A DNA stretch of 64,000 nt, taken from Felis catus (lineage: Eukaryota). A model generated the notes under the pieces. That model had not been told where the DNA came from. It saw nothing but the letters and a program-made list of their open reading frames with translations, and did not search any database. Location: positions 180,422,001 to 180,486,000 of the forward strand of contig NC_058368.1 in the NCBI RefSeq assembly GCF_018350175.1, written 5' to 3'. Positions 1 through 12,244 of the stretch are shown piece after piece; the first letter of the stretch is position 1, and every line of letters starts with the position of its first letter. The position numbers and the translations under genes are program-made.

Positions 1-24
1 AAGGTGTACCAAGGATGAAGCCCA

Positions 25-256
25 GGGGCGCCTGGGTGGCTTGGTCGGTTAAGCGTCCGACTTCGGCTCAGGTCATGATCTCACGGTCTGTGAGTTCAAG
101 CCCTGCGTCGGGCTCTGTGCTGACAGCTCAGAGCCTGGAGCCTGTTTCAGATTCTGTGTCTCCCTCTCTCTCTGCTCCTCCCCTGTTCATGCTCTGTCTC
201 TCTCTGTCTCAAAAATAAATAAACATTAAAAAATAAAAAAATAAAAAATAAAAAAA
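25..256 (+). mobile_element. Can-SINE (SINEC_Fc-type)
   Basis: GGGGCGCCTGGGTGGC head, CT tract, A tail; perfect 14-bp TSD aaggatgaagccca at 11-24 and 257-270. Confidence 0.96.
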
Positions 257-489
257 AAGGATGAAGCCCAAATACCCATTAAGTCTCCTTGGCTCAGGGA
301 CCATGACCTGGGTTCCTCCACCTGTTAGACAACACGCTTGTCCCTTTCTCAACCTATTCTTACATCATTGCCTCAGAGACAAAGACACTAGGAATCTTTA
401 CTCTGGATCAGGATACTTGGATCATGTACATGAAGCAAAGGTCAGCTGACCACTATAATGAGCTAGAGACACCACAACTGATACCAATC

Positions 490-775
490 CACTATGGACA
501 CACATGTATGCATGCTGCTAGGGACATGCTGGGGCTCTGGTCTGGTAATGACAATGACACATCTGCCTTACATGGAAAAAAATCTGTACGCACAAAAATT
601 GGTATATGTTAAAGAAAAGGATATCTGCATATACACACAAACATACAATCGGAACATTTCTGGAATGATACACAAGAAATTATTAGCAGTGGTTGCTTCT
701 GTAAAATTGGGGAGATGGGTTGTGAGGGGAGAGTTTTAGATTCTATTTAAAATCCTTCTAAATGGTTATTTTGTA
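490..775 (+). mobile_element. Old L1M (L1ME-like) 3' fragment
   Basis: atacacaagaaattattagcagtggttgcttctg resembles L1ME 3' UTR; very degenerate. Confidence 0.45.
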
Positions 776-944
776 CGAGCATACATTATCTATCTATATC
801 TACATCGACATCTCCATCTCACTCTATATAAAACAAAACACAATCTGGCTTCAAGAGCCTCTGCCGGCAGCTCTTCCAGACTTGGGGGGTGGGTGTGGAG
901 GTAGAGGGATGGGGTGCAAGATGGGGAAGGGATGCTGGACAGGA

Positions 945-950
945 ACTTAC
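945..950 (-). promoter_or_regulatory. 5' splice donor of WWC1 exon 2 (GTAAGT)
   Basis: + strand acttac = GTAAGT directly after the exon. Confidence 0.95.
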
Positions 951-1060
951 TGGTGTTGTGGTCTATGAAGTAGTCTCCGACCTGTGGGTCATACGCCTCT
1001 TCCCATCCTAGTGGCAACTCATCACTAATGCAGTCAGCAAAGGTGAGTGGTTTGGTGTAC
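951..1060 (-). CDS. WWC1: WWC1/KIBRA coding exon 2 (110 bp; linker plus most of WW domain 2), phase 2 start, phase 1 end
   Basis: Minus-strand translation [36 protein letters not shown] matches KIBRA as I recall it (...[52 protein letters not shown]). Bounded by tttctcctctcccttgccag|G and ACCA|gtaagt. Confidence 0.97.
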
Positions 1061-1094
1061 CTGGCAAGGGAGAGGAGAAACACACTCCATCAGC
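1061..1094 (-). promoter_or_regulatory. 3' splice acceptor, polypyrimidine tract and likely branch point of WWC1 exon 2
   Basis: Minus strand gctgAtggagtgtgtttctcctctcccttgccag; YTNAY branch A at 1090, AG at 1062-1061. Confidence 0.88.
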
Positions 1095-2183
1095 CCACGG
1101 TCCCCAAAGCCCTGCAATTCACTGCTTCTCTCAGCCCCCCGCTCCTCTGGATTGACCCAGCAGAGCCACAGACTTTACACTGACCCCAACTCTGCTGTGC
1201 CCAAGGCCCCCAGGAAGGTGAGTGCATGGCAGCAGCAGCAGGATTACGTCACCCAGGAGGGAAGCAGAGATTCGGCATTCCAGGCCTAACTCTGCCACTG
1301 ATTTGGGAATGATGTGAGCACGTCAGCTTCCTTCTCTGGGCCTCTGTTTCTGCATCTCTGGGCGGTGTGCAGAAAAAGGTTCGAAGGTCAAGTCTCGCTT
1401 CTGGACTGGGACTCCAGCCCTCACTGGCTTCTTCATCTGTGACTCACTTGCCCACCCCACCCCCAGTCTTCATCCTGGCTCTACCCTATGTCTGTTGTGC
1501 CCACTTGCCCTCTGTAAAGCTGGCTTACAGCAGCATCTAGAATGGCAGATGTTCCGTCCTTATGAATTTGGCCAGAAGCAGTATTTATCTGCTTCTTGAG
1601 CCGTTCCTAAATGCCTATACCCACCTCTGTCCTTCCCCAGATAACCCAGGCCAAACTGATCTTTTTGGTAATAACCACTCTCTAAGACCCCATTTTGGTG
1701 TTCAGTGGTGGTAATCACCCACTTGGTGGCTAAGTCAGACAGACAAATCATCCAACTAAATGAACTAAGGCCTGTCAAGGCTGGAAAACAGCACAAACCA
1801 TCGTTTAAGCATTTCAGTCAGAGTGCAAGGAGCCACGAACCTAGATATACAGCCAATCAGCCTGAGTGGCCCCTCCAAAAAGCCCCTTTGGTTTCTCCTA
1901 TTACTGCCTCTGCTTAAAACCCATACTCAGATGTTCTCTCTCTCCAGTCTGTTCCCAAGCCCTCAGAGTCCTGGAAGGCCACACGGCTCTGTTTCATCAC
2001 CCTTTGGATAGAGTGGCTAGCTTACACACAACAGGACAGGAAGAAAATAGACTGAAATAGGGTCCAGGATTTCTGATCAAGACCTTCCCTCCAAGCCTCA
2101 AAAAACTACCCTCTCTCCTGTACTGTGCAATCTCCTTTCCTATAACCACTCCAGCTCAGATTTAAAGCAAAATATATAGGGGA

Positions 2184-2370
2184 GGGGTGCCTGGGTGGCT
2201 CAGTTGGTTAAGCATCTCACCCCTGATTGCAGCTCAGGTCATGATCTCACACTTCATGTGTTCAATCCCTGTGTCAGGCTCTGTGCTGACAGCATGGAGC
2301 CTGCCTGGGATTCTCTGTCTCCCTCTCTCTCTACTCCTCCCCTTGCCCTCTCAAAAATAAACATTTAAAA
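2184..2370 (+). mobile_element. Can-SINE
   Basis: ggggtgcctgggtggctcagttggttaagc head, CT tract, caaaaataaac tail. Confidence 0.92.
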
Positions 2371-2388
2371 TATATGTGTGTGTGTGTG

Positions 2389-2420
<32 letters not shown>

Positions 2421-2447
2421 AATAGATATATATATACACTATACTAC

Positions 2448-2492
<45 letters not shown>
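2371..2492. repeat. Compound (TG)n(TA)n(CA)n microsatellite
   Basis: Directly visible dinucleotide runs after the SINE tail. Confidence 0.95.
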
Positions 2493-2495
<3 letters not shown>

Positions 2496-2734
2496 GGAGA
2501 AAAGAAACACTAAAAAAGCCCCTGGTGGACAGAATGTGGTGTGCCCAACGTGCCACTACATATCCAAGGTCAGGCAGGCTGCGAAAAATACCTACTGAAT
2601 AAATGGAGATTCCAAAAGCTTCCGTTAGTCAGTAATTTACTGCTGCATTGTGGGAGATGATGAGGGTGAGGCTAGAGGTAAATATGATATGCAAAAGACT
2701 AAACACCGTCAAATAAGGATTCAATAAGCATCAC

Positions 2735-2995
2735 TTATATTGGCTGTGTGGGTTTGGCAACTTATTTAACTTCTCTGAACCTTAGTATTTGTATCTGAAA
2801 AGTGGGATAATAATAACTGTCCAGGTTAGGTTAACTAACGTCATGTTTTAAGAGCATTTAGCACAGATACTGGTGTGAATGAGTGCTCACAAAACATCAG
2901 TTATTGTTATCTCCATTTCCCAGAAGGGGAAACTGAGGCTAAGAAAGACTAAATAACATTCTCCAAGTCAATGACAAAACTGGGATTTCAAGCAA
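2735..2995. mobile_element. MIR fragments (+ copy then - copy)
   Basis: ggcaacttatttaacttctctgaaccttagt...gggataataata, then ccatttcccagaaggggaaactgaggct: MIR core in both orientations. Confidence 0.7.
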
Positions 2996-3984
2996 GGAAA
3001 TGTGTCTCCAGAACTCCTGCTGTGTGTGAGCTCAAGGGTTCTTTTGAAAGTTGACATCTTCAGTGCATCTCCTGAGTCCCATGGAAAAATCACAAGCCAC
3101 TGTCTTGGAGTCAAAGCAGGGAAAAATGGAGAAGACACACAGGTGATAGGGACTTCCCTCAGCAGACGATACTCCTCATTCAGGTACACCTGTGCCAGTC
3201 TGGATAGAAGTCCTGCAAAGCGGTCTTCAGCCCATGCCACCACCACCACCGCATGCCCTGCCCAGACTTCAGAAACTAAAGGCCACATCCCATAGTGCCT
3301 CCCTCTCCTCAAACTTCACCAAGTGGTTCTCCCTTACAGACAATGAAGACCAGTGAACTCCAAGAGCCAAATCGCATCCAACAACATTTTATGCAGCAAA
3401 TCTTTGAAAGAGCCTCTGAAGAAAAAGTCCACACACAGGCATACCTCTCCACGGAGAGTTACTCTCTTACTGAGGAAAGAAAAATCTGTGAGGGACCAGG
3501 AATGCTAGAGTCAGACCTCTTTTTCTGACTCATTCTTCTCTCTGCCCTCTGCCCTGAAAGCCTCGCCTGCCAGCCTGGCTGCAGAGATATGAATCTTACT
3601 ATATATACCTTTTGCCACCCAGAAAACCAAAACGATACGTCCCTTTCTGACAGTTCCCCTGGATCATCACCTTTCAAAATTCCTCCCTAGGGATTAATTA
3701 AATGCTTTCATCAATGGTGCATCTAAGCAACAGATTCCTGTGTCCCCCACAACTGGTGCTTGATAAATATTTGTGGAATGGGTGACTGTAATAATGAATA
3801 TGTGGGAATGAAAAATAAATGTATTGTTCTACATTTTGCTAATACGGAAGGATGCTCTCAATATATTATGAGAACAACACTGTTGAAAGAGAAAATCGAC
3901 AGGATACTACTATTGTATATTTTGCCTAAAAATTTGTGTGCAAGTGTGTGTGCATGTTGCATGCGTGTGTGGGAGAGAAACTGG

Positions 3985-4007
3985 GTGCTCACTTTGGCAG
4001 CACATAT
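3985..4007 (+). pseudogene. 3'-truncated U6 snRNA retrocopy (first 23 nt)
   Basis: GTGCTCACTTTGGCAGCACATAT vs U6 5' end GTGCTCGCTTCGGCAGCACATAT (21/23, both differences CpG decay). Flanked by gggagagaaactgg (3971-3984) and ggaagagaaactag (4008-4021). Confidence 0.8.
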
Positions 4008-7000
4008 GGAAGAGAAACTAGAAAGATGTACATTAAAATGTTACCTTGGTACACAGATTTTAATGTAATTTCTTTTACTAATTTCTCTGTAATGTTCATG
4101 TATCAGTGTAATTAAACTATTTAATAATGGCTAAATCTAAGCCTAGAAAGCAAGTTATATATGTCATGTTCTCTCTCTGGGTAGTAGGCACTATTGTTTC
4201 ATTTTATGAATGAGAAAACATGCTCAATATCACACAGTTAGTAAACCACAGAAGTATAACCTGAAGCCCCACTACCTGACTCCCAAACTTGAGCTTTGCT
4301 CATAAAAACTAACAAGACCAAGAACAATCTGGAACACAAAGTAGGCTATGCCAGAGATACAGATGACGACTCTGGACCATCAGGGGCAAGTCTGAAGTAG
4401 GCAAAAGGCACTGGAGCTTTGGTATATTTGCACCTTCAGCCCCCTGTGCCTTGGTACGAAGATGTTCAACACATTGGATAATCCACAGCTGCTTAATGAA
4501 AAGACAATCAAATGTTTCAAAGTCATCCAAGTCATCAATACCAGTGATTCACTGAACTCTCTGTGAGGGTGAGGACTGGAGACGGGGCAGGTCTGCAACA
4601 CCAAAATGCATCACTTTTCCAGAAAACCATACACCTGGCTGATCATTCCAGCCTTTGACACTGAGCAGTCAGAACTGAGATAAGTAAGCGCAAACATCAG
4701 TAATGTGACTGTCATAGAGATATCCTACAGGAGGCGCTGAGAGGTGCACTTCTACTTGCCGCAAACACAGAAACTGTGCCCATCAGGGATAAAGAAGAGT
4801 GAGTCAAGAGGGCACCCAAAGACAGAAGAAGAGGGCATGTGGAGAAAGGCAGGCTCTGGTTTGACATTCAGGGTTCCCCCTCAAAGCAATCTTGGGGGAA
4901 AAGCCAGAGGGCTGATATCCTGGATCCCAGAGCTCTTCCATGGGAAAGAGAAAAGCTTCTATTGGGAGACTATGCAACTTACAAGAAATCTGGACAGCAA
5001 CATTCTCTCTGGAACAAATGCCAAGAAGGAGATGAATTATTCAGTGTGCAGCAACGTGTCATTCAGAGAATCAGGATGAAGAGAAGTGTTTTTAGCTGCA
5101 CAAAGATTTAAACACACACACACACGTATATGCACGTGCACACATTCACTCTTCCTGCCAGAGAGAAGAACGGTCTGTTTAAACCAGTTCCCCCTGGGAA
5201 ACTGTGGGTGCTTCTCTGGCCTGCAATGTTTCCCCTTGGGCAAGTGCCAAGAATGTGAGCTGGGAAGAGATGTCTGCTTTCAGATGTGGCCCAGACTTGG
5301 GGGCTTGCCTGGAACTCCCTGCCCCCACCCTCTGATGAAGCGATTCACCCCATTTCAGCTTCAGGGCAGTCTCCAGCCTCCACGTCCTGGGCTACTGAAA
5401 ACCCCAATCATGAAATCGAAATGCCCCAAATGCTGGAGGGGCAAGAGGGAAGAGGGCCAAGCAAAAACTAGTTCTGCCTCTTCTTAATTACAAATCTCTG
5501 AAGGAACACAAACATTCCTGAATGTTTCACAACAGGGCCTCCTGGAAAAGAGGCCCGGATGTGTCACCTTGGAGACAGGTAGGTTCTGCCAGGATCACCC
5601 TATGGGGAGCACACTACAGGGAGCACAAGGGCACACCTGTCCAGGAACACAGGCTCCTTGCCCTCCTCCAGCTTCGTGTCGCTTTCCTACGGTCTGTGGG
5701 AGAGGCTCCCAGATTGCCATGGCTGGCATTCGGTATTCAGGCGGTGCATCCCTTCTAAGCAGGCAGCTCAGAGAATGAACGGAAGACCTTTTGCCAAGTC
5801 TAACACTGGGTGGTGATTCTCTGGAGACTGAAGAACGCGTAGCATATCTTTCATGTTCTTAATGCTTCCCCAGCAATCTGAATGCTTCCCACAGTAACCT
5901 CATTATGGCCTTCCAGCAGGATGCTGGCCCCCAACTGGGCTCTCTCAGAGGGCCAGCTGGGCGGGATCACTTTCTAAAGGGCCCTCCAGATTCTAAGCCA
6001 AGAACTGTCCAAACTTTCAGCGGAACCTCTCCTCCCAGCTCAGGCAGGATGAGCCGGCCGGCTCCTCCGCCCCGGGTGTTTCACACGCATAGTTCCCATA
6101 GCTTAGATTGCACAACTGACTTCGCAGCCTCACCTCCAGGCTGCTGCAGAGCACAGCTGCCCCTTCACCTTTTGCACCTTGAAGGCTGGGGTGGGTAGGA
6201 AGAAAGTGCAATATTTGAAGTCCTCCTTCATTCCTTTAATTCAGTTCTGTTCAAACACATTCATTCATACGTCTAACAAATCTGGGGGAGACAAAATCTC
6301 AGAGCTTGTTAGGAGAGCTGCGCACACAGAACAGCTGAAACTTCCTAAATGCCAAATGCAGAAGTGGACAAGACAGACAGGGACCTGTCCTTACATTCTA
6401 GTAGAAGACACACCCCAACCAGGAAGCAAGTCACCGAAATCATGTCAGAGATTCATGCTATTCAGAAAAATACAACAAGGGGGTGGGATCAAGGGTAATG
6501 GGGTGGGGGGTGGAAGAGAGGGAGTGTCAAGGGAAGCCTCTTGCAATAGATGATCTTGGAGCGGAGACCCGATGCTGGGAAGCAACGGGAAAGGCCAGTT
6601 GGGGTGGGACAATGTTGGTGAGTTTGAGGAGGAAAAAGGCCACATAACATATCTTTATGTTATAAGCGATGTGGTAGGGACACAAGGGTGAAGAGGACAG
6701 ACTTTTAGGGCTCTGGGGTCCCTGATAAGTGCCACCCCTGTGCCAAGTGGCAGAAGGTGATCTAGAGAAGCTCCCTGCCTCACCTTCTGCTCTCCTTCTC
6801 TCTCCTGTCCATCAGTCCTTCAAGCAACACATATTTACTGCACAGACACAGTAGCCTGGTCCCATGCCAGACACCATGAGGGCTCCAGCACTTGCATAAG
6901 CCTCGTTTCTGCCTTCAGGAGAAGTGGGTCTGGCTAGGGAGCCAAGGCTTACCCTTAAAACAGGCAGTGACCCATCCCCATGGCATTTGGTGATTGCATA

Positions 7001-8657
7001 CGAAGTGGCTATGCTACCCGGGGCTGTGAACCACAGGCAATTAGAGGATGTAGGGATGGTTACTAAGCTGCTAGGTCAGCTGTTCAGACGTGAAAGGCCA
7101 AGGGTTTGGGAGACTGGAGAGACTGGGGAAACAGGGTGTCGTCAGGAAAGGCTGGAGGAGGCAGGAAGGAAGAAGAAGGTGGTCGGCTTCACAGCTACTG
7201 TGGAGACAGGTCAGCTACTACCCACAAAGGCTCAGGAACTCATGCTAGTCTGAAAACTTTGCTCCACCTCTTCCACAATCACAGGCGTGCTACGTAACCT
7301 CTTTAGGAGGAGTTTCCTTCTCTGTGAAACTTAGAGTCCCAATCTCATAAGAGGTGGTGGGGATCAAACGAGATAACCCATATGAAGTGCTTTGCACAGG
7401 GCCTGGAATGTAATAAGCCCTCAGTCACTGTGGGTTGTTAACGGGATCTGTTGAGAGGCTTTCTGCTCTATGCATTGTGAGAATTGTGCGTCACCTTTCC
7501 TCTTAGGTGGTCAGATGTGTTAGTGATCCTCATCAGCATCATTCTTCATCTCAAGAGATAACCCATGGTGGCTAAAACTCCCAAGCTCTACAGTCAGCCA
7601 CCTATGTCCCCAAGCAGACACTGTCACTTACTTTTTGTCCTTGGGCATGAACCCTAACCTTCCTGAATTTGCTTCTTTGTCTGTATAGTGGGGATGTAAA
7701 GAATGATGACCTAGTTAAGATGACCTGTGCGGACCCCATGGCATACAGGGCTTCAACCAACATTAGCTGGTATTATGAGTTAGGTTTTCTATCCCTATTT
7801 CCATGATGGGGAAGCCGAGGCAAAATAATCGTCCAGGTTAATAGCCAATACACCCTGCACTGTACTCCACAGCCTCCTTTCCTGGAGGGGCTGGGACTAC
7901 GTATACTCTCCCTTTTGGGATTAAAAAAGGGTTTGTCTCTCCCAATCTGCTCTCTGGAGGAGGTGTTTACACCAGGAACTCCCCAGCTCTCCTTTTAAAC
8001 AATTCCCTCCCTTCCTCCCTCCACTCTCAAAACACCTGTCTCAACATTCTGGTGTTTTTGCCCCCAGACCTCTTTGCTTCCCTACTTTGGTTGGGCTGGT
8101 TTATCCAGAAGCTTTCTTGGCCTAGTCCACTCCCATTCCTGGAATTTTTTTATGGGGAAAAGATGAGGAAGGAGCAAAGCAGGAGGGAGGGTTCCAGACT
8201 GCTCTCCATGCACTCCTCTCCTCTTTAGGTTGCCCCCTTCCCATACACACCAGTGGCTCACCCCCCTGCTAAATATTGTCTTCACTCTGCCCCCACTGAG
8301 TTCTTGGGGCCAGTCTCCTTCCTCTACCTCCATCCCCAGGTCTCTAGGTCTAACCATTCCCCAATTCCCTCCAGCTCACTGACACAGTGATGAATCCATG
8401 CTGCTATCCCTCTGCATACCACTTGCTGGGATTCAAGATTATGGCCCTGAGAACCAGATGGTGCATTAGAGTAGGCATGGCCAACTGACTACCGGAAGGC
8501 CAAATTCAGCCTAGAGCCTGCAGTAGCTTGTTTTAGCAGTAGCTTGTAGCACTTTGTTTTAAAAGTGGAATTACCATGACTTTGGGGGGCAGCACTCTTA
8601 CTGAACACCTTACCCTGCTCTATAACATGTCACTCCAACTTGTGTCTTACCAAAAGG

Positions 8658-9005
8658 CAGCATAGAGTAATGGTTGGGAGTACAGGGTTCTGGAGCTAGA
8701 CTCCTGGGTTTGAATCCAGGCTCTGCCATTTTCAAGCTGTATGACCTTGGGCAAGACACTTAAACTCTCTGCAGTCCAGCCTTCAAATGTGAAAAACAGG
8801 AAAAATAATAATGCATTTATTGAACACTATGTGCCAGGAACTCTTCTACGCACTTTATGTATATTAACTTACTTGGCCCTCATAACTACCCTTTTAGGAA
8901 GGTACCTTTCAGATCTACTTCACAGTGTTGAGAATTAAATGAGATAATGCATAAAACAGAAATTTGGAATACAGTGAATAAATGTGAGCAATTCATTATT
9001 ATCTT
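8658..9005 (+). mobile_element. MIR, near full length, interrupted by an inverted MIR 3' fragment (~8806-8907)
   Basis: ctggagctagactcctgggtttgaatccaggctctgcc...tgaccttgggcaag head and core; aattaaatgagataatgcat...aataaatgt tail. Confidence 0.8.
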
Positions 9006-10433
9006 CATTGCTGTCCAAAGGAGGCCTCTAATGCAGAGGTATTAATGAATGAAAAAACTGAGCAGGACATCTGGAATCTGACAAACCAACCCCCTTGTTT
9101 TACTGAGGATGATGCGAAAACTGAGGCACAGAGAGAAAAGACTTGTCCAGAGCCACCCAAGAACCCATTAGCAGAGCAGAGACTAAAACCTGGAATCAGT
9201 CCCAGGCCTGCATCACACTCATGCCACCAAGAGATCAAGCCAACCTGGTGCTGAATTTGGCTCCGTATGAAATGCAGTGAAAATCTGAACACCCTGCAAG
9301 ACATAATTACTGATAGTATTTTCTGGGCTAACTAACCCTGCAAAACTAAAAGGAGAATTACCACTGGGCAAGAATCCACTCATGGAGAGACAAGGCTGGG
9401 AGATGGACCCTTCGTTTTGCCCATTTCCTCATTAGAGGGCAACTTCCTGAAAGCCCAACACCACAACAGAACAGGGCACCTGCTTTATGTGTTTGTCCCT
9501 CACCCAGCTCCTCCCCAGCTTCATCCTCATTCCTGAATTGGAGCCAGGCTAAGACAGTTCTGTGCCCTATAGAAAGGGCCAGTTCTGTCCTTCTTAGCTG
9601 TGTAAATTTAGCCTATTCCTTCCCCAGCTCTGAGTCTCAGTTTCCCCATAGGTATAAAACGGTTAAGAAAGTCTGCCTTGCAGGGTTCTTGCAGAGGCTA
9701 AATGAATTAGTACATGAGAATGACTCAACACAGCACTTGGCATGTACTGTTGGGTAGGCTGTGCAGAGCTCCTCCTTTCTGTAGTCAGGACCTTGAGGGC
9801 ACTCACCCCCCAGCTTTACTCCTTCTGGTCCCATGAGCTAGGGGTCTCCCCAGGTGCTCCAGCTCTAAGAGCAGAGGCCATAGCCCACCCTTCCCTGGAA
9901 TTTGACTATTCCTCTGTTCTGTGAGCTCTGACCCTCCTCCACCCATGCAGGCCAGAAGAGCTGGTCCTTCTAGAAGTAATCGGCTATGAAGGCTTCTCCG
10001 GGATCCTGCCTTGATCTGTGGCCCCTTCCATGACAGCACCACTTAGAGCATTGGAAGGGGAAAGACGAGATCTGGGTTTGAATCTTGATGCTGCCACCAG
10101 ATTAGCCATGGAAGAAGAAGCCAGGCTTCCTACCCTTTCTGGGCTTCCCATCTGCAAAACAAGGGAGTTGTAATATGGTATCTTTAAGGCCCCCTTTGCA
10201 GTTTTAGCCTGCATAAATCTATTATTTGGCTGCCTGTCCCAAAGGTCAAGAGCATTGTGTGGTTGCAGTGAAACAAGAATGAAAACATCTTTTGCTGAAA
10301 TCCTGTTAAGTATGAGGCACTGGACCATATGCTCTATATAAAGTAAATCATTTCCTTTATCTTCACAACATTTCTGTGAGGCAGGTATTGCCACCTTTAT
10401 TTAACCAACAAAGAAACCAATGCTGAATCATTA

Positions 10434-10490
10434 CCATCACCACCACCACCACCACCACCACCACCACCACCACCACCATCATCATCATCA
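10434..10490. repeat. (CAC)n(CAT)n trinucleotide microsatellite
   Basis: Directly visible. Confidence 0.95.
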
Positions 10491-10550
10491 ATGCTAAATT
10501 TTGTTGAGGGTTTACAAAGTACCAGGCACTATTCAGGCTCCCTTACATAG

Positions 10551-11355
10551 ACTATATTTCAATGATTCTAAGCTGCACATTTAAAAATACATCTTAACAT
10601 CTCTGAAATTGGGATGTGTCTTGCCACTGCTTACTGATATCTTCCACTGTCAGCCAGGCTGCAGTCCTGATGGAGGTGTTCCTGCCTGTGTACAGACATC
10701 AAAGACGTCATGGGCTTAGGATAAGATCCCAGAGAGGACAGTGGAGCACTTTTATCCCCTAGGAACCAAATGGTTGTGGGGAAGGGTTGAGGAGGCAGTG
10801 ACCAGACACGTTTAGCAACATTCCCCAAGCAGGAGTGCAAAGTAGGCTAACTCTACATGATTGCCTAGCTGGCTTCAGAGCTCAGCACCAAAGCCTTTGA
10901 CTTCCTCTGTGGGTCCTTATAACAAGGCTGTACCACCAACACTTTGAGGGTAACAAGGAAGCTATTCAAAACACAGACACCAATAATCCTGAGTTAAAAA
11001 GTGACTCCAAAGAATTGGATTCATGAAACTAACACAACACTGTATGCGAACTATACTGGAATTAAAATAAAATAAATTAAAAAAAAAAAAAGAACTGGAT
11101 TTGGAATAGGAAGATGTTTTAGGAATCCTGGATCTTTACTTTGTTTATCTAGTGGGGTTTTGTTTTTTTGTATGTATAAAAGTGATATGTGAGTTAAAAA
11201 AAATCTAAGTTTGAAAGATTTATTTCAATAAGTATGAGATATGTGTTTTATGTAATTTTAAAACACTGGATTATAATTTAATTGGTAGCATTTTCCCTTT
11301 CTTAGTGGCACATGAAATAATGGTGCTTCTTAAAAAAATGAATGTTGAGTTGATT
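10551..11355 (+). mobile_element. TcMar-Tc2 DNA transposon remnant (Kanga/MER104-like)
   Basis: Left end ctatatttcaatgattctaagctgcacatt...aacatctctgaaattgggatgtgtctt and right end cttagtggcacatgaaataatggtgcttctta resemble Kanga1/MER104 termini; interior not verified. Confidence 0.6.
11022..11088 (+). mobile_element. Extremely 5'-truncated carnivore L1 (3' tip plus poly-A)
   Basis: tgaaactaacacaacactgtatgcgaactatactggaattaaaataaa is a carnivore L1 3' terminus; TSD aaagaattggatt (11009-11021) / aaagaactggatt (11089-11101). Confidence 0.8.
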
Positions 11356-11812
11356 TGTAATAACCCCAAGCTGGGAACAACCCAAATGTCCCTTAATAGT
11401 TGAATGGATAGACAAATGTATATCATATAATGGAATACTACACAGTAATATAAAGGAACAAACTGTTAATCCATGCAACAATGTATATGAATCTCAGAAA
11501 CATTATGCTGGATATAAGTCAGGGAAACAGAGACTATACTATATAATTCCATTTATATAAAATTCTGGAAAATAAAACATAACCTATAGGGACAGAAAGC
11601 AGATCTGAGTTTGCCTGTGGATCCAGGTGGAGAGAGAGAGGGGTTGCAAAGGGCACAAATATGGAAATGTTTGTTATATTGATTATGAAGATGGGTTCAC
11701 AGATGTACATATGTATGTCAAAACTCATCAAATTGCCTCTTTAAATGCATACCATTTAGTGTTTCAATAATTGATTTCTCAATAAAATTGTAAAGAAAAA
11801 AGGAAAGAAAAA
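11352..11812 (+). mobile_element. L1M (L1ME-like) 3' end
   Basis: gggaacaacccaaatgtcc...gaatggatagacaaatg...atggaatactac...aatctcagaaacattatgctg...aataaa. Confidence 0.85.
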
Positions 11813-12244
11813 CCCCATATTCAATGCAATAGAATAATAATTTAAGATAATCTTATAAGTACTATTATCAGGTCCATTTTACAGATGTGGAAACTGAGGC
11901 AGAGAGCAGTGAGCTGATACACCCAGGAACACTCAGGTAGTTGAGAGGTAAATCCAACTGGCCTCAATTCTCAGGTCTGCCACTGAGTGACTGCAGCCAT
12001 GGCCTTTCCCCATCCTGGGCCACTATTTCCCCATCCCTACCATGAAAAGATGACACAGTGATTGCTAATGGGCTTTTCAGTACTGAGTTTCCAAGACTGC
12101 CCTAAGTACTTGTCCAAAGTCACACCGCCACAAAGAAGGAGATTCTCCTAGGCACCCAGATTTCCTGACTCCTCCCCCAGTTTCCGGTGTCTATATTCAC
12201 TCATTCTATGAGCACCCCTCCTGACATCTCCTTATTATATACAG

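Larger units (their letters stand above)
1..950 (-). other. WWC1: WWC1 intron 2 (5' part)
   Basis: Starts at donor GTAAGT (950-945); no exon-3 peptide (TTQIEDPRVQW) before the window edge. Confidence 0.9.

Noticed and set aside
25..110. tRNA genes at SINE heads
   Set aside because: A/B-box similarity reflects the tRNA origin of Can-SINEs; each continues into a CT tract and A tail.
15..218. Recurrent ORFs such as MAQ..KHLTSAQVMISRF.. (also 16077, 27095, 32333, 43745, 48811, 56663) as a gene family
   Set aside because: All are translations of Can-SINE sequence.
790..1083. 97-aa ORF as a standalone WW-domain gene
   Set aside because: Only 951-1060 matches KIBRA; the flanks are read-through into splice-site and intron sequence.
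25..2370. SINE-driven circularisation of exon 2
   Set aside because: The two nearest flanking SINEs (25-256 and 2184-2370) are in the same orientation; the nearest inverted partner in the window is ~11 kb away.
10434..10490. Poly-His coding tract
   Set aside because: No surrounding ORF or splice sites; a simple microsatellite between MIR-like fragments.
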